64,000 bases of DNA, from the NCBI GenBank assembly GCA_963805975.1, contig CAWDVR010000006.1:256001-320000 (forward strand), written 5' to 3'. Below are positions 1-8,200 of the stretch, in pieces. The notes below the pieces were generated by a model, which was not told the DNA's origin, ran no database searches, and saw nothing but the letters and a program-made list of their open reading frames with translations. The DNA is from an uncultured Acidobacteriota bacterium. Its GTDB lineage: Bacteria > Acidobacteriota > Thermoanaerobaculia > Multivoradales > SZUA-115. Position 1 is the first letter of the stretch; the number at the start of each line of letters is the position of its first letter. The translations under genes were made by a program, and so were the position numbers.

Positions 1-1
1 G

Positions 2-244
2 GCGAGCGGCCCGGTCGGCTATTTGCTGAACATGACCGGCCACCAGGACACCAACGCCCGCATCCTCACCTGGACGGTGGGCTTGAACGTCGCCCTCGCC
101 ATCCCCGCCATCCTCGCCTGGGGCGCGGCCGGCGCCTCGGCCGCCACCGGCCTCCTGATCGCGGTCAAGAACCTCTGGACCTGGTGGGAGGTACGCCGCC
201 GCCTGGGGATCAACTCGTCGATCGTGGCCCTGGGGGCGGCGTGA
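2..244 (+). CDS. Wzx-type oligosaccharide flippase, C-terminal fragment (starts before the window)
   Basis: Open frame from base 2 reads ASGPVGYLLNMTGHQ...LNVALAIPAILAWGAAGASAAT, typical of a flippase C-terminus; its TGA overlaps the next GTG. Confidence 0.8.
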   Translation, partial: ASGPVGYLLNMTGHQDTNARILTWTVGLNVALAIPAILAWGAAGASAATGLLIAVKNLWTWWEVRRRLGINSSIVALGAA

Positions 245-1107
245 GCCCACCATTGCCCAACGCCATCCTCGGCGGCGCCCAGAAGTCGGGCACCACCACG
301 CTCCACCGCCTGCTCGAGACCCACCCGCAGATCCACTTCCCGCCGCGGCCCCAGGAGATCCACTACTTCGATCTCGAGCGGAACTTCGCGCGCGGCCTCT
401 CCTGGTACGAGCGGTTCTTCGCCGGCTGGCAGGGCGAGGCGGTAGTGGCCCAGACCTCGCCGCTCTACCTCTACGAGCCGCGGGCCGCGGCGCGCATCGC
501 CGCCGCCCTGCCGGACGCGCGGTTGATCTTCCTGCTGCGCAACCCGATCGATCGCGCCTACTCGCACTACTGGCACCAGGTGCGCTACGGCTACGAGCGC
601 CTGAGCTTCGAGGAGGCGCTGGCGGCCGAGCCCGAGCGCCTGCAAGGCGGCGAGGCGGCGCGCCGTCACTTCTCGTATCTCGACCGCGGGCGCTACGGCC
701 GGCAGCTCTCCCGCTATCTGGACGTGATGCCGCGCGAGCGCATCCTGGTCGTGCTCTACGACGACCTCGCCCGCGATCCGCTCGCCGTGGCACGGCGTGC
801 TGCCGGCTTTCTCGGCGTCTCCGAGGAGTGGGACGTCCCGGCCGCCGCGGCGGCCGAGCGCCACAATCCGGCCATGCTGCCGCGCTGGCCGGTGGTGCAG
901 CGCGCGCTGCTTCCTCTGCGTGGTATTCCCGGCTTGGCGCGGCTGGTGGACGGCCTCAACCTGCGCCGCGCCCGCTACCCGGCCATGGCCCCGGCGACGC
1001 GCGCGCGGCTGCACGAAGAGCTGGCGGGAGAGACCGCGGAGCTGCGGCGGCTCGCGGGCCTCGAGGCGGCGCACTGGTTCGAGCCGGCGGCGGGAGGCCC
1101 CCCCTGA
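241..1107 (+). CDS. PAPS-dependent sulfotransferase
   Basis: 5'-PSB motif GAQKSGTTTL and 3'-PB motif LRNPIDRAYSHY; GTG start overlaps the upstream stop (GTGA). Confidence 0.92.
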   Translation: MSPPLPNAILGGAQKSGTTTLHRLLETHPQIHFPPRPQEIHYFDLERNFARGLSWYERFFAGWQGEAVVAQTSPLYLYEPRAAARIAAALPDARLIFLLRNPIDRAYSHYWHQVRYGYERLSFEEALAAEPERLQGGEAARRHFSYLDRGRYGRQLSRYLDVMPRERILVVLYDDLARDPLAVARRAAGFLGVSEEWDVPAAAAAERHNPAMLPRWPVVQRALLPLRGIPGLARLVDGLNLRRARYPAMAPATRARLHEELAGETAELRRLAGLEAAHWFEPAAGGPP

Positions 1108-2129
1108 ACGAGCCCGCGCCCCGCGAGCGTTTCTACGTGGTGGGTGGGCAGCAGCGGCCGGACGCGCTGTCGCGGCCCGAGCACGAGCGCCACCAGAAGG
1201 GCCTGGTGCTCGAGGTGGCGGCGCCCGGCGGCGCCTGCCGCGGCCTGGTCGAGTACGTCTCCCCGGCGGAGGCCATCCCCGACGAGCAGCCCTATGCGAT
1301 CCTGTTCAAGGCGGCGACGCTCCGCCAGGGCCTGCTCTACGCCTGCACCCAGACCGAGGTCCTGGTCTACGACACTGCCACCTGGCGGCGCGTGGCCTAC
1401 CTCTCGCACCCGTGGTTCAACGACGTCCACCACGTGCTGCCCCGGCCGGGCGGCTCGCTGCTGGTGGCGGTGACCGGCCTCGACCTGGTGATGGAGCTCG
1501 ATCCCGAAGGAGGGGTGCTGCGCACCTGGGGCGTGCTGGGGCAGGATCCCTGGCAGCGCTTCGATCGCACGGTGGACTATCGCAAGGTGCCGACCACCAA
1601 GCCCCACGCATCGCACCCGAACTTCGTGTTCGAGGCGGACGGCGAGATCTGGGTCACCCGCTTCGAGCAGCAGGACGCCGCCTGCCTGACCGATCCACGG
1701 CGGGTGATCCCGATCGGCGTCGAGCGCCCGCACGACGGCATCGTCCTCGGCAGCCGGGTCTACTTCACCACCGTGGACGGGCACGTGGTGATCGCCGACC
1801 TCGCCGGCGACCGGGTGGAGCGCGTGGTCGATCTCAACGCCATCGCCGGCAGCCCTCTGGCCCTGGGCTGGTGCCGGGGCCTCGCCGTGCTCGACGGCGG
1901 GAGGCGCCTGGTGGTGGGCTTCTCGCGCCTGCGGCCGACGCGCCTCAGGGAGAACGTGCGCTGGGTGAAGCACCGCCTGGGCCTGCGCGCGACCCCCGGC
2001 AACCTGCCGAGCCGCATCGCCTGCTTCGACCTCGAGGCCGGACGGCTGCTGTGGGAGGAGAACCTGGAGCAGCACGGGCTCTCGGTGCTGTTCTCGATCC
2101 ACGCGCTGGCCGGGGAAGCGGGCGCGTGA
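1104..2129 (+). CDS. Beta-propeller protein, possibly aryl-sulfotransferase (ASST)-like or DUF4915-like
   Basis: Repeated beta-blade pattern; motifs NDVHH, HPN...R, PHDG and WCRGLAV...VVGFSRLR; inferred CTG start overlaps the upstream TGA with GGGAGG 6 nt upstream. Confidence 0.75.
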   Translation: MNEPAPRERFYVVGGQQRPDALSRPEHERHQKGLVLEVAAPGGACRGLVEYVSPAEAIPDEQPYAILFKAATLRQGLLYACTQTEVLVYDTATWRRVAYLSHPWFNDVHHVLPRPGGSLLVAVTGLDLVMELDPEGGVLRTWGVLGQDPWQRFDRTVDYRKVPTTKPHASHPNFVFEADGEIWVTRFEQQDAACLTDPRRVIPIGVERPHDGIVLGSRVYFTTVDGHVVIADLAGDRVERVVDLNAIAGSPLALGWCRGLAVLDGGRRLVVGFSRLRPTRLRENVRWVKHRLGLRATPGNLPSRIACFDLEAGRLLWEENLEQHGLSVLFSIHALAGEAGA

Positions 2130-3100
2130 GCGGCGCACAGAGGGTCCTCGCGCAGAAGGTGATCTTCATCGCCGGCGCGGGCCGCAGCGGCTCGACGCTG
2201 CTCGACATCGTGCTCGGCAACCATCCCGAGATCGCGAGCGTCGGCGAGCTCTCGAAGCTGGTGCCTTCGGCGCTCCTCCGGCGCGAGCACTGCGCCTGCG
2301 GCCTGCGCGGCGACGAGTGCCCGTTCTGGCGCGAGGTGGTCGAGCTCTGGCTGGGGGAGGGCGCCGGGCGCGCCGAGCGGGAGCAGTATCTCGCCCTCGA
2401 GGAGCGCTTCGAGCGCGCCCGCCGCTGGCTCCGGCTCACGGCCGAGCGCCGGGCGGTGGGACGGGGCCGGCCCTCGCCGCTCTTCCTCCGCTATGCCGAG
2501 CAGACGGCGGCGCTCTTTGGCGCCGTGGCGCGGGTCTCCGGCAAGCCGGTGGTCGTCGACTCGTCCAAGAACCCGGCGCGCGCCTTCGCCCTCTCGCTGG
2601 TGCCGGGGATCGAGCTCGCCGTGATCCACCTGGTGCGGGACCCGCGCGGTGTCGCCTTCTCGTACCAGAAGTCCTTCGCCAGGGACGAACGTGGGGGCGT
2701 GCAGCACGACATCATGGCCCTGCCCGTGTGGCGCACGGCCCTCGCGTGGCGCTTCGCCAACGCGGCGATCGAGCGCCTGCTGGCCGGCCTGCCGCCCGGC
2801 CGCGGGCGGCGGCTGCGCTACGAAGACCTGGTGGCCGACCCGCGGCAGGCACTGGCCGGCCTCGGGCCGGTGCTCGGCGTGAGCCTCGCGGACCTCGGCG
2901 AGCGGCTGGCGGCGGGCGAGGAGATGGCGGTCGGCCACACGATCGCCGGCAGCCGCCTGCGGATGAAGGGGCGCGTGCAGCTCGCCGCCGACGCGGAGTG
3001 GCGCTCGGCGATGCCGGCTGCAGCCCGGCGCACCGTCGTCCGCCTGGCCGGCGGCGCGCTGACGAGATACGGTTATGCCGCCGAGAGGGGGGACCGATGA
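2126..3100 (+). CDS. PAPS-dependent sulfotransferase (carbohydrate sulfotransferase-like)
   Basis: IFIAGAGRSGSTLL, VVVDSSK, IHLVRDPRGVAFS and LRYEDL motifs; GTGA coupling with the upstream gene. Confidence 0.92.
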   Translation: MSGAQRVLAQKVIFIAGAGRSGSTLLDIVLGNHPEIASVGELSKLVPSALLRREHCACGLRGDECPFWREVVELWLGEGAGRAEREQYLALEERFERARRWLRLTAERRAVGRGRPSPLFLRYAEQTAALFGAVARVSGKPVVVDSSKNPARAFALSLVPGIELAVIHLVRDPRGVAFSYQKSFARDERGGVQHDIMALPVWRTALAWRFANAAIERLLAGLPPGRGRRLRYEDLVADPRQALAGLGPVLGVSLADLGERLAAGEEMAVGHTIAGSRLRMKGRVQLAADAEWRSAMPAAARRTVVRLAGGALTRYGYAAERGDR

Positions 3101-4404
3101 GCACGGCGAGCGCCGGCTGGCCGGAGGAGAGGCGGGTCTTCGCGCCCTGGCTGATCCAGGCGGCGCTCCTCCTCTACTTCGACCTGATCTTTCTCGTGAG
3201 CTTCACCCAGGCGGAGCGCTGGCTGGGGGCCGAGGGGCTCCTGCCCGTCGATCCCACGCAGCTCTTTCCGCTGCTCGCCGCGCCGCTCCTGGCACTGGTG
3301 GCGGTGCAGGAGATCGAAGCCCGCCGGCCGCGCCTGACGCTCCACCACGCGGTGGCCGCGAACGTGGCCATCGTCGGGCCGTTCGTGGCGCTGGCGGTCT
3401 TCCACCTGCTCGCGACCCTGCGCCCCGAGGCCTATTGGGGCGAGGGCATCGGCACGGTGCTGCTGGTGCCCTACGACTGTGCGATCTTTCTCGTGGCGCT
3501 GGTGCTCGGCCTGTGCCCGCCCTTTGCCCGCCGGCTGCGCTGGCTCGGCACGCTGGCCGTGCTGGTGCTGGCGGCGACCATCGCCGTCGACTTCGCCCAG
3601 CCCGCCTTCTTCGCCAAGATCCCGTCGCGGCCGGCAGGGATCGCGCGCGACGCCAACACCGCGGCCTTCCTGCTGGTGCTCGGGGCGGGTCTCGCGCTCT
3701 CCTACCGGCGCCTGGAGCGCCGCGACCTCGGCGTGCTGGCGGTGGCCGGGCTGGGAGTGGCGGCGACCCTCTCCCGCGCCGGCCTGCTGCTGTTCTGCGG
3801 GCTGCTCGCGATCTACGCCCTGAAGCTGGTGCCGCCGGAGCGGCTGGCCGCCCTGCGTCTCGGGAGGCTGCTCGGGCTGGGGGCGATGGCGTTGGCGCTG
3901 GCCGCGGGGTTTGGCCTCGCCGCCTTCCTGGTGAACCCGGACAGCGGGGTCTTCTCGCTGCCCGCGGCGCAGGCGCGGCTCGAGATGCTGACCGGCAAGG
4001 TGAGCTTCCTGGCCGGTCAGAACGAGCGCCTGGGCCTGATGCAGAGCTACTGGCAGGAGATCCTGCGGGCGCCGTTCCTCGGCCGCGGCGCCGCTTTCAG
4101 CTACGCCCAGCCCCAGGGGCCGCACGTGCGCTACCTCCAGGAGTGGGTAAACGCCGGGCTGCCGGCGCTCATCGCCTACGTGGCCTTCCTGGGCGGCGCG
4201 TTCCTCGCCTTCCGCCGGCGCCACTGCGAGCGGGGCACTGTCGCCGTGCTGGTGATCGCCGCCGGCAGCTTCTTCTCCCACGGCATCCTCGAGCAGCGGG
4301 GCGTGCCCATCGTGCTCGGTCTGCTCGCCTCCGCCAGCCTGCAACGGCTCCAGCCCGAGGACTGTGGGTCGGGCGGGGCGGGCCCGCTTCCGCCGGAGCC
4401 GTGA
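3097..4404 (+). CDS. Wzy polymerase / O-antigen ligase family membrane protein
   Basis: About 11-12 hydrophobic segments; DAN, TLSRAG and PFLGRG...PH motifs; ATGA coupling. Confidence 0.85.
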   Translation: MSTASAGWPEERRVFAPWLIQAALLLYFDLIFLVSFTQAERWLGAEGLLPVDPTQLFPLLAAPLLALVAVQEIEARRPRLTLHHAVAANVAIVGPFVALAVFHLLATLRPEAYWGEGIGTVLLVPYDCAIFLVALVLGLCPPFARRLRWLGTLAVLVLAATIAVDFAQPAFFAKIPSRPAGIARDANTAAFLLVLGAGLALSYRRLERRDLGVLAVAGLGVAATLSRAGLLLFCGLLAIYALKLVPPERLAALRLGRLLGLGAMALALAAGFGLAAFLVNPDSGVFSLPAAQARLEMLTGKVSFLAGQNERLGLMQSYWQEILRAPFLGRGAAFSYAQPQGPHVRYLQEWVNAGLPALIAYVAFLGGAFLAFRRRHCERGTVAVLVIAAGSFFSHGILEQRGVPIVLGLLASASLQRLQPEDCGSGGAGPLPPEP

Positions 4405-4407
4405 GCG

Positions 4408-5511
4408 GTGGGTGAGCGGGTCGCGGTCTTCCTGCCCTCGCTGCGCGGCGGAGGCGCGGAGCGGGCGGCGCTGACCCTGGTCCACCAGTTGGCGGAGCGC
4501 GGCTTCGCGGTCGACCTGCTGCTGGCCTCGGCCACCGGGGCCTATCGCGAGGGCGTGGCCCCTACCGTGCGGGTGCACGACCTCGCCGCGCCGCGCGTCA
4601 GCCAGACCGTGCCGCGGCTCGCGGCCTATCTGCGGCGCGAGCGGCCCCGGGCCGCGCTCTCGACACTCACCCACGCCAACCTCGCGCTGCTCGCGGCCCG
4701 GCGCCTGGCGGGAGCGCCCACCCGTGTGGTAGTGCGGGAGGGCAACACCGTGTCTGCCGCCGCGGCCGCCTCGCACCGGCTGCGCGAGCGCGTGCTCCCG
4801 ACCTGGGTCCGTTGGCTCTACCCGTGGGCGGACCTGGTGCTCGCCAACTCCGAGGGCGTGGCGGCGGACTTGGTGGACGCCCTCGGCCTGCCCGCCGCCA
4901 AGGTCCGTGTGCTCCCCAACCCGGTCGAGGTCGCCGCGGTGCGAAGGGCCGCCCTCGCGTCTCCTGCGCTGCCGGCCCCCGCGGACGGCCTGCCGCTCGT
5001 GCTGGCGGCCGGCCGCCTGGTGCCGCAGAAGGGCTTCGACGTCCTGATCCGCGCCTTCCGGCGCCTGCGGCAAGCCCGCCCGGCGCGGCTGGTGATCCTG
5101 GGCGAAGGCAGCGAACGGCCGGCGCTCGAGGCGCTGGTACGCGATTTCGGCCTCGAGGCCGAGGTCAGCCTGCCGGGCTTTCTTCCCAACCCGCACGCGG
5201 TGATGGGCGGGGCCTCGGTGTTCGTGCTCTCCTCGCGCTGGGAGGGCCTTCCCAACGTGCTGCTCGAGGCCCTGGCGTTGGGCGTGCCCGTGGTGGCCAC
5301 GGACTGCCCGTCGGGCCCGCGGGAGATCCTGGACGGCGGGCGTTTCGGCCGTCTGGTGCCGGTGGGGGACGAGACGGCGCTGGCGGCGGCGATCGAGGCC
5401 ACGCTCGCGGCGCCGCCGGACCGCGAGGTGCTGCGACTCCGTGCCGATTCCTACGACGTGGAGCACGTGATGCCGCGCGTCCTCGAAGCGCTGGGCCTGG
5501 GGAAGGTATGA
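4408..5511 (+). CDS. Glycosyltransferase family 4
   Basis: GGGAER, GRLVPQKGFD, EGLPNVLLEA (EX7E) and TDCPSGPREIL motifs. Confidence 0.95.
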   Translation: MGERVAVFLPSLRGGGAERAALTLVHQLAERGFAVDLLLASATGAYREGVAPTVRVHDLAAPRVSQTVPRLAAYLRRERPRAALSTLTHANLALLAARRLAGAPTRVVVREGNTVSAAAAASHRLRERVLPTWVRWLYPWADLVLANSEGVAADLVDALGLPAAKVRVLPNPVEVAAVRRAALASPALPAPADGLPLVLAAGRLVPQKGFDVLIRAFRRLRQARPARLVILGEGSERPALEALVRDFGLEAEVSLPGFLPNPHAVMGGASVFVLSSRWEGLPNVLLEALALGVPVVATDCPSGPREILDGGRFGRLVPVGDETALAAAIEATLAAPPDREVLRLRADSYDVEHVMPRVLEALGLGKV

Positions 5512-6615
5512 GGATCCTCTATCTCACCACCGGGCTCGGCATCGGCGGCGCCGAGCGCGAGCTGGTGCAGCTCGCCCGCGGTTTCGCGGCCCGCGGCCAC
5601 GCAGTAGAGGTCCTCTCGCTGCTGCCGTTGACCGGCTTTGCGGAGGAGCTCGAAGAGGCGGGTATCCCGGTGTCTTCGCTCGGCCTGCGGCGTGGCGTGC
5701 CGTCACCCGCCGCGCTCTGGCGCCTGCGGGCGGAACTGTTCGCCCGCAGGCCGCAGGTGCTCCACAGCTTCATGGTGCACGCCAACCTGCTGGCGCGTGT
5801 GGTCCGCCGGCTGGCACCGGTGCCGGTGCTGATCTCGACCGCGCAGAACACCTTCGAGGGCGGGCGGCTGCGGGAGCTGCTCCTGCGCCGGACGGCGCGC
5901 TGGGCCGATCTCACGACCCAGGTGAGCCGCGCCGGCTTCGAGCGCTACCGGGAGCGCAAGCTCGCGCCGCCCGAGCGGCTGGAGCTGGTGCCCAACTCGG
6001 TGGACGTCGAAGGCTTCGCCCCGGACCCGCTGGCCCGCGTCGCGGTGCGGGAGGAGCTCTCGGCCGATGGCCGCTTCGTGTTCCTCGCCGTCGGCCGGCT
6101 CGAACCGCAGAAGGACTATCCGACTCTCCTCACCGCCTTCTCGCGGTTGGCGGTCGGGGCACCGGACGCCGTGCTCTGGATCGCCGGCCAGGGCCCGCAG
6201 CAGGCCGAGCTCGAAGCCGAGACCCGGCGGCTCGGCCTTACCGACCGCGTCCGTTTCCTCGGCCTGCGCCGCGACATCGCCCGCGTGCTCAACGGCGCCG
6301 ACGCCTACGTGCTGTCCTCGCGCTGGGAGGGCACACCGCTCGCGCTGCTCGAAGCCCAGGCCACCGGCCTGCCGGCGGTGGCGACGAACGTGGGCGGCAA
6401 CGCCGAGGTGATCGCCGAAGGCCTCTCGGGCCTCCTGGTTCCACCGGCCTCGCCCGAGGCGCTCGCCAGCAGCTCTGCTGGCCCTGGCGCGCCTTTCTGT
6501 GCCGGAGCGCCAAGCGATGGGGGAGAGCGCCAGGCGACGCGTGGCCGAGCTCTACGGCCTGCCGGCCACGCTGGCGCGGTGGGAGGCGATCTACCGGCGG
6601 CTGCTGGGCGCGTAG
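5508..6615 (+). CDS. Glycosyltransferase family 4 (one frameshift near 6468)
   Basis: MRILYLTTGLGIGGAERE, GRLEPQKDY and EGTPLALLEA motifs; the natural C-terminus (ERQAMGESARRRVAELYGL...WEAIYRRLLGA*) lies in the +1 frame and ends at TAG 6615. Confidence 0.9.
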
Positions 6616-6623
6616 GCTCCGCT

Positions 6624-7139
6624 TCAGCCCGGGTCGGATTCGTCGCGGGCCCTGCGGTCTTCGGCGATCTGATAGGCAAACTTGAACAGCAGGCAGACGG
6701 CGAAGAAGAACGTTGTCGGCATTCTCAAAGCGTCCAGCAACGAGTCGAACCAGGGCCGATCGATGTCGACCCGCGGCGACTGCAGGCTGACGATCAGCAT
6801 CGATGCCGCCAGGCAGAGCAGCGCTCCTGCAAGGCTCGCCAGGGTGCCTGTCCAGAGGAACTTCAAGGTCCTCCTCGCCGCTCTCTGCTTCTGGCGCCGG
6901 GCGAGGAGGACCTCGAGGTTCGCGCCGCACGAAGGGCAGGCGTGGCTCTGCGGAGCGGCGCCGGCCTTTCGGCCCCGCCATCGCCGGCGGACTTCCACCG
7001 ACTCGAAAGCCGGAGCGCCGCACTCCGGGCACGCGAGAGGCGGCAGGGGCGGAGGGATCTGCCGTGTGAACCGCTTGCGCCAGGAAGGCCGGTCCGGCCC
7101 GGGGCTGTAGGGGCCGCTGGTTTGGGCAGAGGTCGTCAT
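6624..7139 (-). CDS. Hypothetical zinc-ribbon protein with two transmembrane helices
   Basis: CPECG...CPSCG pair followed by two hydrophobic helices; fills the intergenic gap; GAGG upstream. Confidence 0.65.
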   Translation of the reverse strand: MTTSAQTSGPYSPGPDRPSWRKRFTRQIPPPLPPLACPECGAPAFESVEVRRRWRGRKAGAAPQSHACPSCGANLEVLLARRQKQRAARRTLKFLWTGTLASLAGALLCLAASMLIVSLQSPRVDIDRPWFDSLLDALRMPTTFFFAVCLLFKFAYQIAEDRRARDESDPG

Positions 7140-7309
7140 CCTCGGCGTCCTCAGAGCGAAGTGCGGCCTACGATACCGCCGTTCGGAGGTGAGCCGATCG
7201 GAACGCGGCGAGAGCGGCTCGCCTGCGCCTGCGGCAGCGTGCCAGAATCCCGGTCTCCAGGCAGACGCGCTGCCGACCGATCACCACCGCCCGCCCCTCA
7301 CTCTCCGCC

Positions 7310-8200
7310 ATGTCGCTCGAGCGCCCCACCGTCCGCGAGGCCCTGCTTGCCCGCGATGGCGGAGGGGAGGCTCGCCGCGAAGCCATCGAGGAGAGCTTCT
7401 TCCGCCGCCTGCGCCTGCCGGACGGGGTGACGAAGCGCACCCGCCGCGGCCGGCTCACGGACCTCGACACACTTCTGGCGGAGCACCTGCCGCGTGGCCG
7501 GCGGCTGGAGCTGATGGACGTCGCGGTCTCCTCGGGCGTCACCACGCTCGACTGGGCCGCGAGCCTGCGGCGCGCCGGGTTCGACTTTCGCCTCGTCGCC
7601 GGGGACGCCGCGCCCTCGGCCTGGCTGCTCTCCTTCGGGAGGCGCATCGAGGTGCTGGTGGACGGCGCCGGCCGGCCGCTCCAGTACGACCTCTTCGGCC
7701 GCGCCGTGCCGAGCACGGCACCCGGGCCGCTCGCCGTGCTGCCCTGGCTGGGCCGCCTCCTCACCCGGCTCGCCCTGGCCTGGGACGGCGACCTCCGGCG
7801 ATCGCTGGCCGAGGGCCGCGAGGTGCGAGGCAGGAGGCCGGTGCGCAGCCAGCGCGTCGCCCTGGTGGTGCCGGAGCTGCTGGCGGATCCGGCGATCGAG
7901 CTGGTGAAGGACGATCTCCTCGCCGTGACCGAAGACCCCTTCACCGGCCGCTTCGTGGCCCTGCGCGCCGCCAATCTGCTCAACCGCGGCTACTTCACGG
8001 AGGAGCAGCTCGGCCGCATGCTGTCGCGCCTCAGCGGACGGCTCGAGCCCGGGGGGCTCCTCGCCGTCTGCCGTACCGAGGAGGACGATACGAACCACGC
8101 CACGGTCTTCCGGCGGGGAGACGGCGGCCTGGAGCCGGTCGCGAGGCTGGGGCGCGGCTCCGAGGTGGAAGACCTGGCCGGGAGCGTCAGGCTCTCCTAG
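7310..8200 (+). CDS. Class I SAM-dependent methyltransferase-like protein (CheR-like fold)
   Basis: LMDVAVSSG (motif I-like), FVALRAANLLNRGYF and RLEPGGLLAV. Confidence 0.65.
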   Translation: MSLERPTVREALLARDGGGEARREAIEESFFRRLRLPDGVTKRTRRGRLTDLDTLLAEHLPRGRRLELMDVAVSSGVTTLDWAASLRRAGFDFRLVAGDAAPSAWLLSFGRRIEVLVDGAGRPLQYDLFGRAVPSTAPGPLAVLPWLGRLLTRLALAWDGDLRRSLAEGREVRGRRPVRSQRVALVVPELLADPAIELVKDDLLAVTEDPFTGRFVALRAANLLNRGYFTEEQLGRMLSRLSGRLEPGGLLAVCRTEEDDTNHATVFRRGDGGLEPVARLGRGSEVEDLAGSVRLS

